Source of the DNA: Octopus sinensis
Taxonomy: Eukaryota
NCBI RefSeq assembly: GCF_006345805.1
Contig: NC_043015.1
Span: 13,392,001 to 13,456,000 of the forward strand
DNA length: 64,000 nucleotides
Direction: 5' to 3'
The number at the start of each line of letters is the position of its first letter. The first letter of the stretch is position 1. Positions 24,438 to 35,903 of the stretch are shown here, piece by piece. The notes under the pieces were generated by a model that was not told the DNA's origin, did not search any database, and was given only the letters and a program-made list of their open reading frames with translations. The position numbers and the translations under genes are program-made.

Positions 24438-24717
24438 AATACCTTTGCACTTGATTTTTTAATGTTTTTTCCCCCATACTTTTGTGAGTTGGTTTAGGCA
24501 AACACTATCTGAGAGAGATCTTCTTTAAGTATTAGAAATAGCTGAAGAAATTTCTTTAGCTGCTATTTCTAATGAGTTCAGTATGTGGCAAAGTAATTTA
24601 TTTTACTAAGCCCTTATATATAATGTAATATTTTGAATTCGCCTATAATGGTCCCTTTACATACTGAATACTTGGTGAAATTGACTAATAATTAATTAAT
24701 TTTACCCTCAATTGTTG

Positions 24718-24756
<39 letters not shown>

Positions 24757-25177
24757 TAGATAGATATAGATATATGTGTGTGTGTGTGTATGCATGCACT
24801 TTTGGGTGAGTCTGTATGTGTGCACATACATAAAATACACACGCATGCACGCACGCGCGCGCGCGCACACACACACACATCTTAGGAATTTAAATGTTAT
24901 GGTCACTCTCTGACCGGCCATAACATTTAACTTCCTAAAAATATATTACTGGTCTAATTAATGCTTAGTGTGTCTCTTTTTCGAATATATGGACTACTGA
25001 CGATTCATTACGTATAATGGTTGCAGAATATTTTGTAAAAGGCCTCCACGTGATTTGTCTCATATATATATATATATTTGTTTTTGTTTATATATATGAT
25101 ATATATGATTAATATCAATTTAAAACCAGTGGTCTAGCATATAGAAAAATTTGAAGATTTAGAAAAATTATATTACA

Positions 25178-25440
25178 TACATATAAGAGGGATGACCTCT
25201 AAGTGGATATCCATTATGCTAGAAGTCGACTCCCTATGGTCTTACCACTAAGAAAGGAATGTTCTCAAGAAAATCACAAACCGGTTTGTGATTAATCTTT
25301 ATATTTTGTATCTTTTCATTTGTCTTGCTCGCTTACGTTCTGGCGTTTGCTAAATTTTCTTGAGAACATTCTTTTCTTAGTGGTAAGATCATAGGGGGTC
25401 AACTTCTTGCATAATGGATGTCCACTTAGCGGTCATCCCT

Positions 25441-25450
<10 letters not shown>
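25178..25450. mobile_element. Foldback element with 97-bp inverted arms
   Basis: tacatataagagggatgacc...gttctcaagaaaat is inverted at the other end with about 7 mismatches; spacer about 80 bp. Confidence 0.75.
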
Positions 25451-25511
<61 letters not shown>

Positions 25512-25588
25512 TGTGTATAAGACAAAAGAGGGTGTGTATTTCCACGCAGGAAAAGATACAGGCAAATTTGTTGTTGAAAATGCACCTA

Positions 25589-28500
25589 AATCTGGAAGAC
25601 ATGTAATTGTTTAAAATAAATTTATTTACATATATACTAAACTAGTTTCAACTATATTTTTTGTTTAGCAATGGTAAAAATTTAGAATTTAGAATTAGAA
25701 ATACATGTTAAAAAATTTCAATGTTGACAAGTTCATAACAGTCAATAATATTAAAACTGTGCATCAATTTGTTTGAATGTACAAAGTTCATTAGTGTTAG
25801 TAGAATATCATCAAAGTTTCAATCATACTGAGTTAAGAGGGAAAAAATCAAAGGATTTTCGCTTGTAACGGTGTTTTTTGGAATCCGGTCTATTTATAAT
25901 TTTTTGTGCGAGCGGATCTGATTTTTGATTTTTTAAAGTACTGATGACGTCTTGTTTTTCCGGTAGTCAAGTTTGTCGTTCTGCCTGGTTGGCTTCTCTG
26001 TGGGGAACTGTCATCAGTCGTTTGTGGAGATATTGAGTCTTTTTTTTCCTTTTTTCTCTTTAGTGCTTTTTCTTCTTTCTAAAGGATATTCAGCTGTGGT
26101 TTATATTTTTTTAATGAGTATGCTTTCCTTATTTAAACGGAATTGGGTTGAAGTGTTTCCGGTGCATTGATAGAGAGGGAAGATTTGGTATTTCTGACTT
26201 ATGTTTGCAGGGCATTGGTCTAGATGTTTGCTTATGGGAATTTTCCTAGTCGTGGGGTCCCGGCTTTGTTGCCTGTGCACCGTTAGTCTATCCCTCAAGG
26301 TTAAATTAGTTTGACCTATGTAGTCTCCACCACACTCTCCACATTTGAGAACATTGATTACGTTCTTCGAACCACAGGGGAAGTGAAAGTTTGATCTGAC
26401 TTAACTTTGTATGTTGAGCCCTCGAAGAGGAAGATGCAAGTTCCACAGTTAGGGCGGTTGTACTTTTTGACAAGTGGGATTGTATTTTTGGTGGATAATT
26501 TGGCGCTGGTGAGTAACTGTTTTAAGGATTGCAGTTTTCTTTATATGTTTCCAGTGCCTTTTTCATTCGCAGGTCCTTCATAAAGTGTGGGTATGTTTTG
26601 GTGGATAATGTTGTATGCTTCCCTGTTCCTCGGATTGTATGTGGATACGTAAGATAAAGTTTCAAGTGTGTCATGGTGTTTTCTTGTTTTCCGTAACTGT
26701 TGGATGTCTATCATTTTTGCACGTTCTATTCCGTTTAGATTAGACTGGCCGAGTATTTTCTATCTAGTAATGTGTTTTTAAGTTCTTGGAGTCGCTTTTC
26801 TCGGGTTTCGGGATTTGATGCAATCGTGCAAATTCTTCTTGCTAAGTTAAACGGTATATTCATTTTAGTATGTTTTGGGTGGCAGGAGGAAAATTGAAGA
26901 TATTGTTTTGTGTCCGTTGGTTTGAAGAGGATAGCTTCAATTTCAATATCTCTTTTTATGATTAAGATGTTCAAGAAGGTTAGTTGTTTGTGGCTGTATT
27001 CCATTGTGAACTGGATACTGTGGTTAATGCTGTTGATTAAGTTTTTAAATTTTGAGAGTTGTTCAAGGTTAAGTGGCCACAGAATGAAACAGTCATCCAG
27101 GTAACGTTTCCAGTATTTTTGGAAGTTGTTTCCAAATTTCAGTCTATTTGGACTTCCAAGTATACCATGACAAGGTTGGCAAAAGTAGGGGCTACCCTTG
27201 TTCCCATCGCCGTGCCTGATTTTTGTCTCTAAATGTTCTCGTTGAAGAAGTTGTTCGGTAGGATGAATTCTATTCCTTCAACGATTCGGTCAGGAATGTC
27301 ATTTGGGAATTTTTCCAGCCAGTATTGTATGGCTATTATTCCGTATTCGTGAGAAATCGAGGTGTAGAGGTTCACTACATCGAAAGGAACCAGAAGGGAG
27401 TCCTTGCTGGTTTTGTTCGGGAGATAGTTCATCCCTTATAAAGCTCGGTATATGCTGGGGAATAAATTTAAGGAGAACGTCAATAAAGTTACTGAGTCTG
27501 TGTGTCTCACACGAGGGACCGGCCACAATTGGTCTCATTTTGAGAATTCTCGGGTGTGGAATATTTATGACTACAGAAGTTGATTTGTTGCAGGTTTCAT
27601 TTATGGCTTCACTTTTGTGGATTTTGGGAAGTCCATAAAAGTTGCTGGTTTTGCAGTCAAATCTAGTCATGTAATCTCTCTCCTTTTCCGCTAAACTTTG
27701 TTGGAACTGGTGGATAAGGGTTGAAAGTTATATCATCATCTTGGATTGACTGTAGTTGTTGATATTTTCTTAGTAGGTATTGTCCTGAAGGAGGATTAGG
27801 TTAGTGTTTATGTATTTTTCTGAGTCTATGGTTACTACAGCACTCCATTTATCGGCTTCTTTTATAATTATGTTGTCATCCTCCTTGAGATTATTAATGA
27901 TTTCCCATTCTTCTCGACTAGTGTTTTTTTAAATTTCGAGGTGGGAGTAAATTGTAGGGGTAATTGAAAGCTAAATCACAAAAGTTATCCAGAGTTTGGT
28001 TTCTTCCTTGTGTCGGACTCGTCAACTTTTATTGTGAAGTATTGATTGCTCATTATTTTCTTTATCCAGCAGTTCTTCAGTGATGCGAAGTTTTCTGCAG
28101 AATTCCTGAAAATCATTTTGTGTATCATTTACGTTCGACCTTTGTGGTGTTGGGGTGAACTTCATTCCCTTTGCGAGAATTTCGAGTTGCTGGTTTGAAA
28201 AGGTTTTATGTTAGAGATTTATCATCTTCGGGATCTCACATTTCTTTGGTGTTATCAAGTGTCCCGGTTTTGGCCCAGTCTGTCTAAAAAATGGTTCCTT
28301 GGGCTTTGATGTAAAAAGTTAGTGTTCCTGTTGATTGTCCTTCCGCTGACCCTTGGTCTATTGTGTGTTCTCCGTTGCGGTCGGCTCTGAGTGGGGTTGT
28401 CGTAATGGTTATATCCTGTTTGGATCAAGTGGTTATTGTGGAAGAAATGTTTCGAGCGGGAGTAGTTACTACTAATTCTTTAGTCCTGTTCGAAGTCTTC

Positions 28501-29569
28501 TTTATGTGAAATGTGTCTCGGACGTGAAGAGTTCTTATTTCTCTTATAGATCTGTCCGAAAGAGTTATTTACGATGATGTTACGTCTGAGACGTGGAGGG
28601 TTCTTGAGGAGAGATGGGTTTCTGTATCTTTGAGTGGGGGTGTTTTGTCTTGAGGGGAAGGGTGCAATGGAATTTCCCATTTTGTGTCTTTGATGAGTAT
28701 TTAGAACCCCGGAGAGGGTATTGGTTATTCTTGGTTCTGGATGGGCATTCTGGTATTGTTCCGGTAGTGACTTTCTTCCGGTCATATGGAATTCATAATT
28801 TTTAGTTGTTTTCAAGAAAGGGTTATCAGATTGGTATTCCTCCTTGAATTTTTCCTCATGGTGATTGAACCAATCGTTGTTTTTTTCCCATCTTTGAAGT
28901 GAGATTATTTCCTCGTTTTCATAGTTCTTTCTCCAGAGTAGAATGGTATTATCAAAAAATTCCCCTTGAGCTTTTTTTCGCGATTTCAACCTTCATTTCT
29001 TCATCAATTGAAGTAAACTTTCCTTGGTCGGATTGAGCTGAGTTTCGGGAGTTCTGTCTCCATTTTGAAGTTCTCCAGAATCACTTTTCCTTTAAGTTCT
29101 CTCTGTTTTGCTGGTTCATTGGGGATGGCTTTAATTTGTAGCTTTCTGGGGAGAATATAAGAAGTTGAGTTGAACTATCTCTCGTATGTCTTACTATCTT
29201 CATTCTTCCCTTGTTTTTTCCCTCTTAACTAAGCATGACCGAAACTTTGATGATATTCATTTCTTGTCGATCACTACTAACACTAATGAGCTTTGTACAT
29301 TCAAACAAACTGATGCACAGTTTTAAAATTATTGACTGTTGTGAACATTTAAACTTGTCAACAACGAAATTTTTGAACACGTTTTTCTAATTCATAATTC
29401 TAAATTTGTCTGTTATGAACATTTTATTTTGTTAACATTGAAATTTTTAAAAATGTTTTTCTAATTCATAATCCTAAATTTTTACCATTGATAAACAAAA
29501 ATATAGTTGAAACTAGTTTGGTATATATGTAAATAAATTTATTTCAAACAATTACAAGTCTTCCAGATT
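25589..29569 (-). mobile_element. Decayed Penelope-like element (RT plus GIY-YIG) with inverted terminal repeats
   Basis: Minus frames give FYGLPKIHK, MRPIVAGP, FDVVNLYTSI, GTAMGTRVAP, KPTDTKQYL...SCHP and IGQT...RDRLTVHRQQ (GIY-YIG). 25589-25842 is inverted at 29218-29569. Confidence 0.9.
29483..29523 (+). ncRNA. Variant hammerhead motif with U3:A8 core in Penelope inverted terminal repeat
   Basis: TACCA TTGATAA ACAAAAATATAGTT GAAA CTAG TT TGGTA. The counterpart at 25635-25676 (-) has core TTGCTAA. Confidence 0.5.
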
Positions 29570-30090
29570 CTTCTCCCAGAAGACGAAGCTCCGCATCAAC
29601 AATGCATCAACAATGCAACAATGCATCCATTCTCCTCTATGGAGTAGAAACGTAACCCCTTTGAAGCCCCTGGCAAAGAGGGTCGACGGCTTCGATAGCA
29701 AAGAACCATTGAGAGCAGCAAGTGGTATCATCACGTTTCCAACAAAGAATTGCGTGTGCGCTCACCTCAGCCTGCAGCCTCCTACCTCATAGCAATCCGT
29801 CGCATGTGGTGGTACGGACATACCCTCCGTCTTCCACTAGATCATTCTACCAGGGCTTTACTCTCATTCGACGCGGGTGTTGTGGGCTCGAAGAGGGTTG
29901 GTGGCAGGCCCCGCACCAGGTGGCTGGACGTGATTAAGGAAGATCTCCAGAGGTTCGACGTCATCTTGGAGGATGCAGAGAGTTTGGCACGGGACCGCCA
30001 GCGATGGAGAGCACTGGTGGATTTGGCCAGCTCTAAATATGATGACACCCCTGGGACCACTAACCTGGGATGACCACAGCCCATCAAGCA
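29570..30090 (+). mobile_element. RTE-clade LINE 3' fragment
   Basis: RRMWWYGHTLRLP...GGRPRTRWLDVIKEDL...ARDRQRWR, ending in a CAAG-like tail. Confidence 0.8.
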
Positions 30091-32991
30091 AGAAGATTAG
30101 GCAAACAAGCAGCCCATCAAAGTTTTCTGGTTTCTTACATCTTGTTCAGGGCCTCCAATGCTTTTATTGTACATTCATCCCAAACTATAACCTCCCTTCA
30201 ATAATGCTTGTCGGGAGTAACCGGCGTAAAAATCCACCCCCACCAAAATTTATGTAACTGACCTACAGGTAAGATCATTGTCAGTCATAAATGTGATAAC
30301 CAGAAATTGATACGTTTTGTTTCATTTAATAATCTATAGAATTCAAGTATTGACAATCACTTTCCCTTAGAAGATTTCTCAGATACTGTTCATCATTAAT
30401 TAGACACAATAAACAGAATAACACTGTGTAACACGGTTTTTGTCCTTGAGTAAGAACTGTCATTTCCTATTTGCTTACTTCTAGAAAGCATGAAAAATAC
30501 CTATTTCCTTCAAATTTTGCATTTCTTACATTTGTTAAAACCCCAAAGAATTCCTCTCAACACATGGCTATGATGCTCCCTCACTACTCCTGCTTATAAT
30601 GAGATACACATATTGTTAGTCACTAAGGGACATGCTTAGGTGGTTATGGTCAAGCAACTGACACGTAAATCTGTGGTACTGAGCAGAATATTTACTATAA
30701 TGATATTTCTACTACAGCAACTCAGCACTGAATCTGTCTGAAATGTAATGGAAAATAGGTCAGTTTGAAAACCTTGATGTCCAGGTCACAATAACAAATT
30801 TTGAAGGGAATTGTAATCATTTCCTTTGATTTCTAGATAGAAGCAAATAGGAAATAACACTTACTGACTAAAGGCAAAAAATGAAAATGGAAATAAAATC
30901 TTCGTTACAAAGTATTATTTAATAATCATCTTTTCATCTTTCACTACTTGTGTAAAGTCTACACTGACAATCGAGCAATGATTCGCTGAAGAGGTCTATT
31001 AAATCAAACTCACTATACATTACAATCTATATTTAAATAATCTTAATTAATTAAAATGAATTAAAATTTCTTGCCAATATTATCTTCAAATACGAGCGTT
31101 AACCAATGTTCCTTTTTAAATTTCCATTCGTGATGCCTCAAATCACTTCTGGAGTAAAAACAGTCTAACATTCATCTAGAAATTGCTCATGTGTCTTACA
31201 AAGCCCTTATTGTATGCATGTCCAGTATAAATGTTGATATGGATTTTGTAGGCTGATATGTTAACATATTCAGTATATGAGACAACAGTTATTGACCCTT
31301 CCCCTGTGAAACTAAAAAGGAAATATGTGTTAAATGTGAAATAATAGATTAACAATTCAGTTTCTTTGCGAGAGAAGTTCCGCAATTATTTTAAGCTACC
31401 TTTCCAACCGACCGCAGCCGTGATACCTTCTAACACTCGATTGCAATTGCTTGGAGTCTCTCTCTCTTCCTCGTTAGCTCTGGTAGAGTCACTTTCATGT
31501 GGTGTGTTTATGCTTATACCATCAATGTAGGCGGGTTAATTTGTCCACTATTAGGAAGTCGCCAAAATATAACATCTAATATGGTCTGGTGCTCTGCACG
31601 GCAGTAGTGGCCACAAAAACTACATTGCGTGTCCTGAAAAGATAAATTTACAACATTAAGCAATTGTAAGTAGTATAAGAAAATTATTATAAGTAGGGCA
31701 ACAGGGAAAATGCAAATTTTTAACACTTTTTAAATTTATCAAAAGAACTGTTATATATTATGTTGCCATTTGCTTAATGTTAAAACCGGCACTGAAATAT
31801 AAAAAAAAGGTTTCTGTGGTACACTTTCCTCTTGGTGTTCAAAGTACATGCTACTGACTCATTGTGTGTTAATGTCTCAGTTAGATAACAGTGACAAAAA
31901 GGCTTTGGAGGTTAGATTTGCTGGGGATGGATTTGGGGTGTTGATTCTGAATATACCATCAGTTCTACTCTATCAAATTTCGTTTTGGAGATACGGCTTA
32001 TCTCTTTATGAGATAAGCTATATCATGCGTTGAAATTAGGGATCTCAGTTGCGTCTTACATTTTGGTGCCTTGGAGGCTACGTATATTTAGGGCTGCTGA
32101 TTCCAAAATTTACATCGATTATGTCCTGTCAATCCTAATTAATGGTTTGATAATTTAATTCAAAAATAACCATGATATTGATGTTATATATATTTTGGAA
32201 GACATAAACAACCTCATGCAAAGCAGTATTTCGTCCTTACATTCTGGATTCAAATTTTGCCGAGGTCTGCATTGCATTTCATCTTTTCGTGTCGATAAAA
32301 TAAGTACTGGGGTCGATGTAATCTACTATCCTCCTGACCCCAAATCCCATGTATTGCGCCTATTGTAGGAAGAATTAATTCAACATAAAATGCTTATAGT
32401 GTACTGCATCAAAATCTACAGCAATTGTAACTAAAAAATAAAGATTAAATGATCAATTATTCAACATAGAAGTGGCTTATTTTACAAGTATTTACCAAAA
32501 CAATCTTGCTGGAAATTCTAGTAGTAGTATGCTACAGGTATTCCACCTTCGTTGGTACCTCTCCTTAATTGTCATTATATCCCGATAAAATCCTTTTCCT
32601 TTTTCTTATACTATCAAGCTTCAAGATGAGCGAAATGACTTCAGGTGTAATAAACCCTGATGTTCATGTTATAGCTATGCGTTCAAATCGGGAACAGTCT
32701 ACTCCATTTATTTAAATTAGTTGTCTGCCTTGTGGTTGTGAAGAAGGTTTAAGATAATTAAAACAAACGAAGACCATGCATAGGGTTCAGTAGTATCCGT
32801 TGAATATATAAATGTCTGATAAGCTCTCTTATCTACAAACCATAAAACCCTTGCGATTTCACGCTTAATTCAGGGAATTTACTGCATAAATATTCAAAAC
32901 AGACACCTTTTTCATTCAATGTTTTTTAAGATTTTATGTTGAAATAAACTGATTTCATTATATGTGGTTCTTTTAATTAGAATGTAGTACA

Positions 32992-34206
32992 TTGGGTTAC
33001 CTCATAAATAATGCATGTTTTTTATACTTCTTTTATTTTTTAAAATTAAAATAAGCAAAATTCTTTTTTAATCTAAAATATACTCTTCATTTTCCACAAT
33101 GTTCTTCCATTTATCTGGTAGACTTGTAAAGCCCCTCTTCCAAAATTCACTTGTCTGTGACTAAAAATACTTCTCCAGCATTGTTCTGAACTCGTTTGCA
33201 AAATTCACATTTTTTCGGTCCAAATGACTTTGAAGACTGTAGAATAAATGATAATCAGATGGGGCAATGTCCGGCGAATATGGTGGGTGGGGCATCGTTT
33301 CCCATTCAAACAGCTCCAGCTTTAGAATGCCATCCTCGCTGTATGTAACCGAGTATTATCCTGATGAAAGAACACCTTTCGTGAAACCAAAGATGGTCGT
33401 TTTTTTGCTAGTGCTCATTTAAGCTGCTCAAGCTGCTTGTAGTAGATCTCCTTTGTCATCGTTTGGCTTGGTTGACAAAACCTTCCATATACTACAAAAC
33501 AGATAAGAACACCTTACGTGAGTGAAGATCTTTAGCCTGGTGTGCTGGTGTTTCTCCTTTCACTACCTACTGTCTTTGGCGCTTGACATTTTTATAGAGA
33601 ACCTATCTCTCGTCACTAGTCACTATTCGGTCCAAAAAAGGTTAACTCGTGAGACGTGACAGCAAAGAAGAGCACACATTCACTCTACGCGCGATTAGAT
33701 TCGAAAAGTTTCCGATGGCAAACAGGTGTCGATGAATGGTTGAATGACCAAATCCAAGCTTCTCTGCTAGTTCCTCAACAGTTGCAATGGGATTTTGTTC
33801 CACCAGGGTTTACAGAACGTCCTCTTCAATCTCTACAGATCTTCCAGGACGAGGCTCGTCTTCCCGGCTGTAGTTTCCGGCTCGGAATTTCTGGAACCAC
33901 CATTGATACTGGCTTACGCTTATTGTCCGATCCCCATATACTGCATTAATATTCCTCGCTCTTTCCGTTGCTTTGTTGCCTTTATTGAACTCATAAAGCA
34001 AAATATGCCGATATGCTCCTTTTGTCACTTTCATTATAGCTTTGAAAAAATAAACTTAAAAATCGAACTCGCACTAAGATTAAGCACAAGGTAAAATTAC
34101 TACCTGCTTTTATAACAAGTTGATACAGGTATTTTTCCCGCCCCCCTCCGACTTTTAGTTTATGCAATTGAAAAAAAAAACGGCATTATTAATGGGATGA
34201 CCCCAA
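32992..34206 (-). mobile_element. Near full-length decayed mariner transposon
   Basis: Imperfect TIRs (TTGGG(G)T...CAT(A/T)AATAATGC), TA at the right flank. Minus frames give RHILLYEFNKG...WFQKFRAG, FLDRIVTSDE and HPPYSPDIAPSDYHLF. Confidence 0.9.
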
Positions 34207-35903
34207 TATTAATGTCATTAGTAGTGTTATTTTTCATCATAATTATAGATAATTAATCAATTAGAGATGATAGGACAAAAACTGATAAAACACGTCTAAC
34301 TTCCATCGCATAAAATGTAAAGTGTAGCTAGGGTTCAGAATTTTAATATAGGAATATATGCATTAGCTTAAAATAGGGTAAGCTATATCTTCAGAACTGG
34401 AACTGATTGAATAAAATAAGGGTCAACTAGCCAGTATGGAAATCTTTATATGGTCACTTGATCTGCAAGAAATACCAGTAAAATCTCTCTTGAATCAAAC
34501 CCTATCGACTTAAAAAACAAAGATACACAGGATAATGTTATCATGGATACACGGATGGAATACCTTCAGTCATAAACTACTCAACCATGACTGATATGAG
34601 GCTAAATGACAATACAAACAATAAGAAGAACAGATTTAAAATTAAATCATGTCATTAGTCTTAATTTCTGCCGTAAAATCTTAAAAGGGCAGATTCCTCT
34701 TTCCATAAATTAGCTAAACGGCAAGTAAGCGACGAATTAATATCTAGCTGTTTTGCACACTTGTGTTTAGAATGAGGTCGTTGATGAATGAATATGTTGA
34801 TAGCTGCTAAATGTAACTTTCAACTAAAATCATGAATGTACATCTACCCATTGAATTGTTGGGTAACTACTGAAACCCTTGCCTTTGTCAAGTGTTTTAA
34901 AGAACACTAAAGCAGAAAGTCGCTTGTTGTTTTTTCAGTGTCTCGTGGGAGAACCGTAGCTCTACTTACAAACAAATTTGTTATGCTGCTCTACAGTATC
35001 CATTTAGGTAAGAGACGTTTTGACAGCTGTTTTCGCGTCGGTTGTTTGACGTCGCTGATTCGACACTGACTTATTTGACACCAGGCATTTCAGTGTCACT
35101 CCCGCGTTATTTCTCTGAGCATATTTCTTTTTATGAGTATTAGGAGAGGGAAAGTGTTTGTGACAATCGTGTCCAATTAATAAATTGTAACGTATGTACA
35201 TGTGTCTCTCTCTCCCTCTCAACCACTCTTTCTATCTCTTTCTCACCACCTTCCCATTTGAATGCGGATAATTCTGCGCGCGCGTACGTGTTTACCTCTA
35301 GCGCAAAAATTACTGTCGCAAAAACAGGCTGAATGTCCAGTCAGTTGCGCTAAATCTCCTACGTCCCAAAACCATGCCAAATCGTCTCATTCCATATTCA
35401 TTTGAAGTTTTATACATCTACGTATTTCAGTCATAATGATAGTCACTAATCTGTGCCAGTAAAAAGATACAAAGCTTCCGTTGCTCAGGGTTGACTGTGT
35501 GTCTTTACCTGTATTCGCAGGCCCGGATAGGTATATTTCTAGGAGACTAGCAGCTCTCTGTGAACGTGAGTACCCCGCTCCATGGCACTGATATTGTCCA
35601 AAGGAAAAGGCAAGGTAAAGGCTGATATAGTTTGAGATCAGAGTCATTACAAGTATAGCTGTCAAAATGCAAATAGACGAAAGATCTCACGACTGTTCCA
35701 CCAATTCTTTTCCATAGATTGAAACTTTTTCATCGACCACAAAAGGAACTTGCTCTAAGTCGTTGCATTTTTGTGTTACACCGAAGTCATCTTTTGCAAT
35801 AATACGATATATGTACCATAGAACTGTAAGCCCATTAACCGATTCTCTACCCGCAGGGCCTCAAAGAGAAAGTTTCAGGCTGGCGAAAGATTTTAGGTTC
35901 TGC

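Larger units (their letters stand above)
23708..24721. mobile_element. Penelope-like terminal-repeat complex (inverted plus partial tandem copies)
   Basis: 23708-24008 is the reverse complement of 24328-24627 with about 2 differences. 24041-24165 is directly repeated at 24596-24721. Each inverted arm carries a hammerhead motif. Confidence 0.75.

Noticed and set aside
35370-35890. Possible piggyBac-like transposase relic on the minus strand
   Set aside because: Only vague resemblance around VDEK; no ordered motifs, TIRs or TTAA boundaries found.
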